Positions 18,403 to 26,323 of a stretch of 64,000 bases of DNA are shown piece after piece. Each line of letters begins with the position of its first letter. Position 1 is the stretch's first letter. This DNA comes from Candidatus Adlerbacteria bacterium. GTDB taxonomy: Bacteria > Patescibacteriota > Minisyncoccia > Phycocordibacterales > SBAW01. The notes beneath the pieces were generated by a model, which was not told the origin of the DNA, searched no databases, and saw nothing but the letters and a program-made list of their open reading frames with translations. The stretch covers positions 3,548 to 67,547 of the forward strand of contig JBAXLB010000003.1 in NCBI GenBank assembly GCA_037135035.1, given 5' to 3'. The position numbers and the translations under genes are program-made.

Positions 18403-20020
18403 CTTTCAAAAATGCCAAAAAGAGTGGGTGCGGAGTAAGTGGCCGTGAAAGTAATTCCGGATGGAACTGAGTCCCAAGGAAAAATGGGTGTTTGTCTTTA
18501 GGGAGTTCGGCAATTTCCATAAGTACTCCGCTTGGCGACTTACCGGAAAATACTAACCCTGCTTTTTCGAGCTGCGCCACATAGGCTGGGTTTACTTCAA
18601 ACCGGTGGCGATGACGTTCAGAAATTTCTCCTTTCCCATACGCATCGGCTGCAGTCGTGCCAGATGCCACAACACACGGGTACGCACCTAAGCGCATGGT
18701 GCCGCCGTAGTTCCCTTTTTCGACAATGTCTTTTTGCGTCGCCATGATGTCGATAACTGGATATGGCGCATCTTTTTTAATTTCGGTTGTGTGTGCACCC
18801 GCAAGGCCTGCAACATTGCGCGCATATTCTATCACCGCCAACTGCATACCGTAGCACAGACCAAAGTACGGTATTTTATTTTCGCGACAATACTGCACGG
18901 TCATAATCAAACCCTCGACACCTGTTTCGCCAAAGCCGCCAGGCACCACAACACCCGCAAACTTGTCTAGTTCACTTAGTGGCAATTTGCCCGACTGGAA
19001 GTCTTGCGAACTGATATAGGTAATTTTTGGCTTAAGGCCTAGATGATACGCGGCTGTCTTAATTGCCTCCAATACTGAAATGTATACATCGGACAATACA
19101 AACTCTCCAGATGAAAAATATTTACCAACAACGGCAACGTTCACCTCTTCTGTCGTACTTTTAGATTTTTGTACAAATGCTTCCCAGTCGCCCAGGTCGG
19201 TTGGGCGCGCTTCGAGCGACAACACATCGGTCAAAATGTTGCCCAAGCCATCTTTTTCGTAATTACCTGGGACATCGTAGATACTTTCCACATCGGGTGC
19301 AGAGATAACTCGGTCGTTAGGGATGTTGCAAAAGACTGCAATTTTTTCCTTCCGCTTTTCGTCAAGCGGCACACTGGCCCGCGCCAAGATAACATCTGCT
19401 TGCAAACCCACTGAGTTAAGCGAGCGCGCCGCGTACTGCGTAGGCTTTGTCTTCATCTCGCCGATGTTGCCAGGTATTGGCACGTAGGAAACCATCACAA
19501 TGGCCACATCGCGCGGGAATTTTTGCTTGAGCATACGGGCCGCTTCCAAAAATATAATATTTTGGTACTCGCCAATGGTGCCACCCACTTCAATTATCGT
19601 TACGTCTGCTTTTGCATTTGCCTGCGCTGCGGTAATACGGCGAATAACTTCAAGCGGTACGTCGGGCACCACTTCGACGTTTTTACCCCCATATTCCAAA
19701 TTGCGTTCGCGGCGGATAACTTCCAAGTACACCCGGCCGGTTGTCATGTAGTTAACTTCTGGCAGAGTCTCGTCTAAAAAGCGCTCGTAGTTGCCCATGT
19801 CTTGGTCGGTTTCGTAGCCATCGTTTAGCACAAAACATTCGCCGTGTTCGGTCGGGTTCATCGTGCCCGCGTCGACGTTAATGTAGGGGTCTATTTTTAT
19901 TGCAGTAACTTTAAAACCTTTTGCTTTGAGTATTTTCCCAATAGACGACGTTGCGACGCCCTTACCCACACCCGACATCACCCCGCCCACCACAAAAATA
20001 TATTTAGGAGTTGCTGCCAT
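18386..20020 (-). CDS. pyrG: CTP synthase
   Basis: GGV.SGVGKG, KIDPYINVD.GTM.P.EHGE, KTKPTQ, GLCYGMQ, RHRHR, QFHPE. Confidence 0.98.
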   Translation of the reverse strand: MAATPKYIFVVGGVMSGVGKGVATSSIGKILKAKGFKVTAIKIDPYINVDAGTMNPTEHGECFVLNDGYETDQDMGNYERFLDETLPEVNYMTTGRVYLEVIRRERNLEYGGKNVEVVPDVPLEVIRRITAAQANAKADVTIIEVGGTIGEYQNIIFLEAARMLKQKFPRDVAIVMVSYVPIPGNIGEMKTKPTQYAARSLNSVGLQADVILARASVPLDEKRKEKIAVFCNIPNDRVISAPDVESIYDVPGNYEKDGLGNILTDVLSLEARPTDLGDWEAFVQKSKSTTEEVNVAVVGKYFSSGEFVLSDVYISVLEAIKTAAYHLGLKPKITYISSQDFQSGKLPLSELDKFAGVVVPGGFGETGVEGLIMTVQYCRENKIPYFGLCYGMQLAVIEYARNVAGLAGAHTTEIKKDAPYPVIDIMATQKDIVEKGNYGGTMRLGAYPCVVASGTTAADAYGKGEISERHRHRFEVNPAYVAQLEKAGLVFSGKSPSGVLMEIAELPKDKHPFFLGTQFHPELLSRPLTPHPLFLAFLKVAGKK

Positions 20021-20029
20021 ACAAAAATA

Positions 20030-20968
20030 TTAAATCTTTAAATATCTACGCACCGCCAAGTAGCTGGACACTGCGCCCAAGACCACCCCCGTGCCAATAA
20101 GCACACCAAAGAAGAGTAGGAAGTTACCGATGTAGTAGGAAAATACGTTAACACCGCCAAAGAAATTTGCGGTTGCTTCCCCCAACCAGTACGTAAGCGG
20201 GTAAAACATCACCAAGGTAATAACGCCCGAAATAAGCCCGTACAGCACACCTTCCACCATAAACGGCGCGCGAATATAAAACTGCCCCGCACCAACCAAG
20301 CGCATAACCTGAATTTCTTCGCGCGAGGTGTATATTGCTAGGCGGAGTGTATTAAAGGAAATTGCGACCGTGGTGAGTACTAAAATAAGTATGATGATGA
20401 GCCCTAAGCGGCTTGCGGAGTCGGTGATGTTTTGCAGACGGTCGAGCGCCTGGCGATGCTGTTCGTCGAAGTAGTTTACTTTGTCTATAATGCCTGCCTG
20501 GCTGCTTGAAAGCGCTTGTTGTTGCTGCAAAAACTTAGCAATAACGTCGTACTGCGAAATATCTTTTGCGCGGATGTTAAGCACGGCCCCAAGCGGGTTG
20601 TCGCCCAGCTCTTGCAATGCCTGCAGGGTAAGCTGGTCGTTTTGATGCCGCTCGCGGAACGCGGCAAGGGCGTCAGCAGCGGAGACATATTCGACCGACT
20701 GTACTTCAGGTAATGCTTGCAGCGACTTCTGCAACTGCACTATCTGCTCTTCGGGCGCGCTTGTTGTAAAGTACACATTTACGTCGGCCTTGTTGCGCAG
20801 CTCGGAAAGTGCCGAATCTAAAATGACGCCCGCAAAGAGCGTCATCCCCAACACAAAGAGCGTGACAGTCATAACCAGAATTGATGCGAGGGAGACGAAG
20901 CCGTTCCTCCAAAAATCGAGGAACCCTGCACGGAAAATTCTTTTAGTGGTTATCCAACTCATATCCAA
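20030..20968 (-). CDS. ftsX: Cell-division permease FtsX (start 20962 or 20968)
   Basis: F.RN...S.A.I, V..V.YVS...AL..F, NT.RLAIY..REEI.VMRLVGA...YIR.PF..EG. Confidence 0.93.
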   Translation of the reverse strand: MDMSWITTKRIFRAGFLDFWRNGFVSLASILVMTVTLFVLGMTLFAGVILDSALSELRNKADVNVYFTTSAPEEQIVQLQKSLQALPEVQSVEYVSAADALAAFRERHQNDQLTLQALQELGDNPLGAVLNIRAKDISQYDVIAKFLQQQQALSSSQAGIIDKVNYFDEQHRQALDRLQNITDSASRLGLIIILILVLTTVAISFNTLRLAIYTSREEIQVMRLVGAGQFYIRAPFMVEGVLYGLISGVITLVMFYPLTYWLGEATANFFGGVNVFSYYIGNFLLFFGVLIGTGVVLGAVSSYLAVRRYLKI

Positions 20969-20982
20969 TTAGTTTAACCCAT

Positions 20983-21013
20983 AAAAAGAAAAGACCCCAG
21001 CAATGCTAGGGTC
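20983..21013 (-). terminator. Intrinsic terminator closing the CRISPR transcript
   Basis: Minus strand GACCCTAGC-ATT-GCTGGGGTC-TTTTCTTTTT; the G:U pair only forms on the minus strand. Confidence 0.8.
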
Positions 21014-21030
21014 GACAAACTTGATTTTTG

Positions 21031-21332
21031 AGAGGGACTTGGGAACCCATGCGGCTGTAGCCCAAAAAGTTGCTGTAAGTAGCGTACCCCCTTGTTCCTG
21101 AAGAGGGACTTGGGAACCCAAGAACCACCAATCCCACGTCTTTTTGTCGGTAGCGTACCCCCTTGTTCCTGAAGAGGGACTTGGGAACCCAATGCCTGAA
21201 CCAACGCAACACATTGATCTGTAGCGTACCCCCTTGTTCCTGAAGAGGGACTTGGGAACCCGGAAAATGATGCGATACGTGACGAAGAAGGATGTAGCGT
21301 ACCCCCTTGTTCCTGAAGAGGGACTTGGGAAC
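21031..21332 (-). CRISPR. CRISPR array: 4 identical 39-nt repeats + 1 truncated trailer repeat, 4 spacers of 32, 32, 32 and 34 nt
   Basis: Repeat (minus) GTTCCCAAGTCCCTCTTCAGGAACAAGGGGGTACGCTAC at 21079-21117, 21150-21188, 21221-21259, 21294-21332; partial at 21031-21046. Spacers 21047-21078, 21118-21149, 21189-21220, 21260-21293. Internal stem CCCUCUU/AAGGGGG has a G:U pair on the minus strand. Confidence 0.95.
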
Positions 21333-21540
21333 CTAGTGAATAAGTAGGGTTTTCTTGAGGCGAACCCCAAGCTTCATCACCGGGCCATTCACGAGGACCC
21401 GGGCGGCGCCGCTACAGCGCATAAACCATAGACGAAATCCATGGTCCACAAGGGAACTTTGATGAGAAAAACAGCGGAATCTTGCCTAAACAAGACGATG
21501 TTTTTCTCACGTTTCAAAGAATCTCTCTAAATTGAGAGTA
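21333..21540 (-). ncRNA. Structured leader / candidate tracr- or scout-like RNA
   Basis: Several hairpins, e.g. CTTTGA-TGAGAAAAACA...TGTTTTTCTCA-..TCAAAG (21457-21519); a split 6+5 nt anti-repeat at 21366-21376. Confidence 0.45.
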
Positions 21541-22281
21541 CTACACCGTTTCTGCCGTGTCAACCGCCGGAATTTCAGTGCCGCACGCACATCGCGAGTC
21601 GTGCCGACGCGGCAAAAGCAATGGCTCAAACACCTCTCTTCTGTTGACGGCCTTTATAAACTTCACAACTTGGAGTTCCATGTAATACCGATACGCATGA
21701 CACTGTTTAAAATCCCGCAAATAGTGAGGTATGTCCATCGTCGCGTTTACTTCGGCCAAAAAATGCCCTATGTGTTCCTGTGCGTTGGTTATTGGCTTTT
21801 TCTTCAATCGCAGATATTTCAGCAGCACAAAATCGACGGTGTCAGCGCGAAATAGTTCCATTAGGTCATATATAAGTGGTTTGCTTGTTGCACTCTGTGC
21901 GCGATGGATGAGTGCAAGAGAAGACGAAATGTGCTTCTCACCGATGATTTTCTCAAGTTTTGTAGCCAGATGATGGTATCCCACATCGAGCAGTTTATTT
22001 ACCACGTCAGGGCCATGTGGTTTTCGTTTAAAGCTTGCGCACCAGACTGGCAAGAGTGTTGCATACGCCTCCCAGAATACTTTCGCATTCCGTGCTTCGC
22101 ACAAAAGTATGCGTTCGTAGGTATCAGCGCCCGTGTATGCACGATGAGGAATATCCAGCTTGTATTTCTTTAAAAGATGGGTACGGCGCGAGTCTTTTAT
22201 TTCAAGTAACTCCTTGGCACTCAAAAGAGCGAGTGGTGTTGTACGGTACACAGACACACGTTCAAGCCACAGAGAGTTCAT
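21541..22281 (-). CDS. cas1: Cas1 integrase, catalytic helical domain only (N-terminal beta domain absent)
   Basis: LLCEARNAKVFWEAY (catalytic E), R.P..PD.VN.LL..GY, LIH (catalytic H), PLIYDLMELFR (D/E); next to a CRISPR array. Confidence 0.88.
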   Translation of the reverse strand: MNSLWLERVSVYRTTPLALLSAKELLEIKDSRRTHLLKKYKLDIPHRAYTGADTYERILLCEARNAKVFWEAYATLLPVWCASFKRKPHGPDVVNKLLDVGYHHLATKLEKIIGEKHISSSLALIHRAQSATSKPLIYDLMELFRADTVDFVLLKYLRLKKKPITNAQEHIGHFLAEVNATMDIPHYLRDFKQCHAYRYYMELQVVKFIKAVNRREVFEPLLLPRRHDSRCACGTEIPAVDTAETV

Positions 22282-22322
22282 GAGGTATTCAGCGTACCAA
22301 ATATTTTTTCATGCTCAAAGCA

Positions 22323-22358
22323 AAGAAAAAGCCCCGGGCGCGTTGTGCGTCCGAGGCT
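22323..22358 (-). terminator. Terminator after the TnpB-like gene
   Basis: Minus strand AGCCTCGGACGC-ACAAC-GCGCCCGGGGCT-TTTTCTTT. Confidence 0.7.
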
Positions 22359-22365
22359 GCTTGTG

Positions 22366-23619
22366 TCAGAAGATCTCCTCAAGGAACCTGTCTCTGAGCT
22401 GACGTGCCATGGGGAGTTTGTTTTCCGCACCGCGGCCAGGCATTGGAAACAAGTCGGGTTCATACTTACACACGATCCCTCCGTGTTCCTTGGCCTTTTC
22501 TTCCAAGTGCGCGACAAACCGGCCTATGGAGCCCGTGTTTTGCACCGACCAGTTCAGGCCAAGCTGTCCCGTGCGTTCAGGCTTGGTTGCGTCCGCAAGC
22601 CCTCCACGGATGGTCATGTCCTGCAGGACAAAGTGTGTACCCTGTTTAAGCAGCCAGGCAACCACTTCGCGCTGGTCCTGTTTTTGCTGCCGTGCCATGA
22701 ACGAGTTCATGATACGCCGAGCATGATTGCGCCTGTTCCACTTTCGCGAACGCTTAGTAAGAGGAGTTCGGTTGGTCGCACCCGTGGCCTTGGTAGAAAG
22801 GCGGCCTTCGACCGCATCAATTTCCGGCTTCCAATGTTTGTCCGGCCGCCAGAATTTGACGATCTGCTCACGGTTGAAAGAAAGAATGCCCAACCATGTA
22901 GCACCAAGTGCCAAGTACACGGCACTGTCTGAAGAAAAGGCAAGAGTTTCGGGCCGCTCGATTTCATATACGAGCGACACGAAATACTTCCCCGGCCTTT
23001 CCAGTCGCGGTTCGTCGCGAAAGAGGGTGAACTTCTTCACCCCCAAGCCCCGGCGAAGTTGCATCTGCTGGTACTCGGGAATAGGAAAGTTAAGCATATC
23101 CTTCCCGAAGATGTTCGGCGCAAGCACCAACCTGCCACCTTGCACCGGCCGAGATCCAGAAAGAAAGCGGCCAGAGATTTCGTAGAATCGTTTCGCTTCT
23201 AAATCCCACGACGGTGCCGCGCGCTTCCCAGGTGTCCGTGCATCACGGTCACCGTTTTTCGCAAGCGCGAAGAACGACTTGAAGGCACCGTCGAGCGTGT
23301 CGAGCGTTTCCTCCTGCCAGTTGCGCGGCACATGCGTGCCCACCACTCCATACTCCTCATCTTGCGCTCGCAAGCCGGTGAGCAGGTTAATCTGGTCGAA
23401 GAGCGTGGGCAAACGCACGTCAGGCTTTTTGACGCCTTCTTGCTTTTGCCGCCTGTAGGCTTCCCATGCCTGGACGCGCTGTTCAAGCGCCCAGTTCCAG
23501 ACATCTCGTAAGTTTTCACTCACACCAAGCAAGAGTTGTTCCTGCTCGGCATTGAGCTTAATCTCAAAACGGACGGCGCGATACAGCACCTTCCGCTCTT
23601 CCTTATTTCCCTTGGCCAT
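22366..23619 (-). CDS. TnpB/Cas12-like RNA-guided protein with inactivated RuvC (candidate miniature type V effector)
   Basis: IS605 OrfB-type N-terminus ([18 protein letters not shown]...RDVWNWAL); L..AFKSFF; YFVSLVYE; RuvC-I AVYLALG (D->A); K.SRKW bridge region; RuvC-II FVLQDM (E->Q); GLNWS, F...LE.KA; no CxxC or RuvC-III. Confidence 0.85.
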   Translation of the reverse strand: MAKGNKEERKVLYRAVRFEIKLNAEQEQLLLGVSENLRDVWNWALEQRVQAWEAYRRQKQEGVKKPDVRLPTLFDQINLLTGLRAQDEEYGVVGTHVPRNWQEETLDTLDGAFKSFFALAKNGDRDARTPGKRAAPSWDLEAKRFYEISGRFLSGSRPVQGGRLVLAPNIFGKDMLNFPIPEYQQMQLRRGLGVKKFTLFRDEPRLERPGKYFVSLVYEIERPETLAFSSDSAVYLALGATWLGILSFNREQIVKFWRPDKHWKPEIDAVEGRLSTKATGATNRTPLTKRSRKWNRRNHARRIMNSFMARQQKQDQREVVAWLLKQGTHFVLQDMTIRGGLADATKPERTGQLGLNWSVQNTGSIGRFVAHLEEKAKEHGGIVCKYEPDLFPMPGRGAENKLPMARQLRDRFLEEIF

Positions 23620-23737
23620 GTTGGACCCCCTTCTATACTCTGTTGTATAAGGACTGTTTCAAAAAAACTCTACAACAGATTCAAAAAAATTGCAAATTGG
23701 TCACAATTTCGCACATGCGAAAAAATGACATATTTTA

Positions 23738-24418
23738 TTATAAAATGTATTTACCTTCCCTGTCGTCACGGATCACTTTCCCGCGGTCCATGGTAATAAC
23801 GCGTTTTTTAAGGCTGTCAATAACCCCTTTGTTGTGTGTGGTCAAAATGATAGTTGTCCCCAGGTCGTTGATTTTCTTCAAAATCTGCACAATTTCAAAC
23901 GTGTTAACCGGGTCCAGGTTGCCTGTAGGTTCGTCGGCAATAATGACGTCGGGCTGGTTTACAATGGCACGCGCAATAGCAACGCGCTGCTGTTCGCCAC
24001 CTGAAAGTTCGTCAGGAAAGTTGTTTGCTTTGTCGCCCAGGTCGACCAAGTCGAGCACATGTGGGACGTCGGAGCGTATCTCGTCTTCGTGGCGGCCGGC
24101 AACTTCCATAGCGAAGGCGATATTTTCGTACGCAGTTTTTTGCGGAAGTAAACGAAAGTCTTGAAACACGGTGCCCATTTTGCGGCGCAGGCGATTGATA
24201 CGATTCATCGGCACTTCGTGCACGTTTATCGATTCAAAAAAGACAGAACCCGAGGAAGGCTTTTCTTCAGCGAGCAGCATTTTTACAAGCGTTGTCTTGC
24301 CCGCACCCGAGTGTCCAACTATAGAAATAAACTCGCCGGGCTCGACAGAAAAACTCACATCTTCAAGTGCGATAGAACTGTCGGCATATATCTTACTGAC
24401 ACGGTCGTAGTAGATCAT
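23738..24418 (-). CDS. ftsE: Cell-division ATPase FtsE
   Basis: [45 protein letters not shown]. Confidence 0.95.
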   Translation of the reverse strand: MIYYDRVSKIYADSSIALEDVSFSVEPGEFISIVGHSGAGKTTLVKMLLAEEKPSSGSVFFESINVHEVPMNRINRLRRKMGTVFQDFRLLPQKTAYENIAFAMEVAGRHEDEIRSDVPHVLDLVDLGDKANNFPDELSGGEQQRVAIARAIVNQPDVIIADEPTGNLDPVNTFEIVQILKKINDLGTTIILTTHNKGVIDSLKKRVITMDRGKVIRDDREGKYIL

Positions 24419-24468
24419 AGAAATGTAACCTTCCTATTGTACCCTATTTAAGCCCCGGGCAAACTGGG

Positions 24469-25344
24469 CTATAAACTCTTTTCTGCTTCTAAAAACGGCT
24501 CGATGTTCCCGTCTAACACTTTTTCGGCATCGTGCACTTCTACTCCGGTGCGGTGGTCTTTAACCAATTTGTATGGGTGCAGCACGTACGAGCGAATTTG
24601 GCTCCCCCATTCGATCTTTGACATGTTTGTGGAAAGCTCGGCGACTGTTTCCTTGCGCTGGGCTTCCAGCAAATGAAAGAGTTTTGCTTTTACAATCGCT
24701 AGCGCCTTTTCCTTGTTGGCACCTTGCGTGCGTTCGCCGTCGGCATGTGCTGAGATACCCGTTGCGACATGCACCACGCGGACGGCAGTTTCGCGTTTGT
24801 TAACGTTTTGCCCGCCCGGCCCGCTTGAACGAGCAAACGTAATTTCGAGCTCGCTTTCAGGTATTTCAAAACTCCCAATTTTTTCTATCACGGGCAATAC
24901 TTCCACCAACACGAATGAGGTCTGACGTTTTTTAGATGCATTAAAGGGCGAGATACGCACCAAACGGTGCACGCCATATTCTTTTTGTAGAGTACCGTAC
25001 GCATTTTTACCCTCGACTTCCACAGTGACATTACGGTAGCCACCGTGGTCGTTTTCGTTTGCGTGCAGCGCGCGCATGCCCCACCCGCGCTTTTCAGAAT
25101 ACTTTCTGTACATTTCCAAAAGCATGTGGGCGAAGTCTTCGGCATCGTCACCACCCGCACCTGCAACAATCATAATAATTGCATTACCTTTGTCATATTT
25201 TCCACCACCTTCTGCCGCCTCTTTCAGATCCTGCAATTCTTTTATCAACTGCTGCGCTTTGGCAGGTACGCTCCAAAAATCAGAGAGCTCCATCGCCGCT
25301 TCAATTTCTATAATTCGTTTTTGGATATCTTCCTTGGACTGCAT
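24469..25344 (-). CDS. prfB: Peptide chain release factor 2 (short form)
   Basis: GAGG, E.GVHRLVRISPF, GGQ, WGSQIRSYV..PY..VKDHRT. Confidence 0.93.
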   Translation of the reverse strand: MQSKEDIQKRIIEIEAAMELSDFWSVPAKAQQLIKELQDLKEAAEGGGKYDKGNAIIMIVAGAGGDDAEDFAHMLLEMYRKYSEKRGWGMRALHANENDHGGYRNVTVEVEGKNAYGTLQKEYGVHRLVRISPFNASKKRQTSFVLVEVLPVIEKIGSFEIPESELEITFARSSGPGGQNVNKRETAVRVVHVATGISAHADGERTQGANKEKALAIVKAKLFHLLEAQRKETVAELSTNMSKIEWGSQIRSYVLHPYKLVKDHRTGVEVHDAEKVLDGNIEPFLEAEKSL

Positions 25345-25406
25345 ATAAAAACTACTTTATCATGCCGTTGACTTTTTAGCATTTCCTGCTAAAAAGAAAT
25401 TAGACA

Positions 25407-25934
25407 TTGATTGTGAGGCACATTGTGAATATTGATCTGAATACTAAAAGCACAACTCGTCCTGCGGTTATTGCAGCAATTGTTTCCGGAGGCAAAACTC
25501 TCCTGGTACGAAACCCTGAACTTCAGTTTCCTCAATGGAAATTCCCAGCTGGAGGCGTGGAGATGAATGAAACTCCGCTCCAAGCACTGGTTCGAGAAAT
25601 TGCTATGGAGACAGGCTTTTCTATCCCTTGTGTCGAAAATGGAGATGGTACGCTAACAATAGGCGATGACTATACGACTGTTCATCATTTAAGCTCAACA
25701 AAAGTTGAGACAGCCGAAGACACTCACACGCAGCATCGCTTTTTGATTGAACCCACGGACGTAGAAGATATCCTTCGACTGGACAGACAGTTTCGGAAGG
25801 AAGATAGATTCGAAACACTTGAGACAGGAATCCGTGTTTTTTCGAGCCTTGTGACAATGACGGACTTCCTTTGGAAGCAGTTTGATATGTTGAAAGAAGT
25901 GACCGACAAACTGCAAGAACTTTCTGCCGCCTAA
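25407..25934 (+). CDS. NUDIX-fold protein with variant Nudix box
   Basis: WKFPAGGVEMNETPLQALVREIAMETGF. Confidence 0.75.
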   Translation: MIVRHIVNIDLNTKSTTRPAVIAAIVSGGKTLLVRNPELQFPQWKFPAGGVEMNETPLQALVREIAMETGFSIPCVENGDGTLTIGDDYTTVHHLSSTKVETAEDTHTQHRFLIEPTDVEDILRLDRQFRKEDRFETLETGIRVFSSLVTMTDFLWKQFDMLKEVTDKLQELSAA

Positions 25935-25958
25935 CTAGGCGGTTTTTCTTTTTCTATA

Positions 25959-26034
25959 TGGAGCCGAGGGGGAGGATCGAACTCCCGACCTGCGGTTTAC
26001 GATACCGCTGCTCTACCAGCTGAGCTACCTCGGC
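25959..26034 (-). tRNA. tRNA-Thr(CGT)
   Basis: GCCGAGG...GCGGT-ATCGTAA-ACCGC...CCTCGGCTCCA. Confidence 0.95.
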
Positions 26035-26064
26035 GCGCTATTATCTCTCCGATACACAATCGGG

Positions 26065-26322
26065 AGCCGTTGCCCGGAATCGAACCGGGGACCTACTCCT
26101 TCGCTTACACCTCTTTTTTTAAAAGCACTATAAGAGGGCTAGACTGTATTTTTCTCCAGACACTGGAGACCCTTGTCAGTCGTTCGGGCGCTTACGCGCC
26201 ACGGTCTTGGCCTGTGCCAGGCTATTAACCGTTATTCGGGATTCGCGTAGACGTTACCATCTACGTGGGCAGGGATTTTGCGTCCCACCATGGAGTTGCT
26301 CTACCAGCTGAGCTACAACGGC
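26065..26322 (-). tRNA. tRNA-Thr(GGT), split by an intron (exons 26287-26322 and 26065-26101)
   Basis: Joined exons give GCCGTTG...ACTCC-ATGGTAA-GGAGT...CAACGGCT, a full cloverleaf. Confidence 0.9.
26102..26286 (-). ncRNA. Group I self-splicing intron (185 nt)
   Basis: 5' exon ends in U, which pairs with G in P1 (GGU|GGGA...UCCCUGCC); P7 GACUG/CAGUC with AAAUACAGUCUAG S-element; terminal omega G. Confidence 0.88.
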
Positions 26323-26323
26323 A

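Noticed and set aside
21047-21293. Self-targeting spacers within the window
   Set aside because: By eye I found only short (about 7-nt) matches; a computational search of the full genome is needed.
20969-21370. ORFs of 133, 76 and 68 aa with repeating peptides (FPSPSSGTRGY, VPKSLFRNKGVRY)
   Set aside because: They are translations of the CRISPR repeats.
22366-23619. Ordinary IS200/IS605 or IS607 element, or a CAST
   Set aside because: No tnpA, serine recombinase or tnsBC/tniQ nearby; RuvC is inactivated; linked to cas1 and an array instead.
21031-23619. CasY/Cas12d, the known CPR Cas1-only type V system
   Set aside because: Cas12d is about 1200 aa with 17-19-nt spacers; here the effector is 417 aa and spacers are 32-34 nt.
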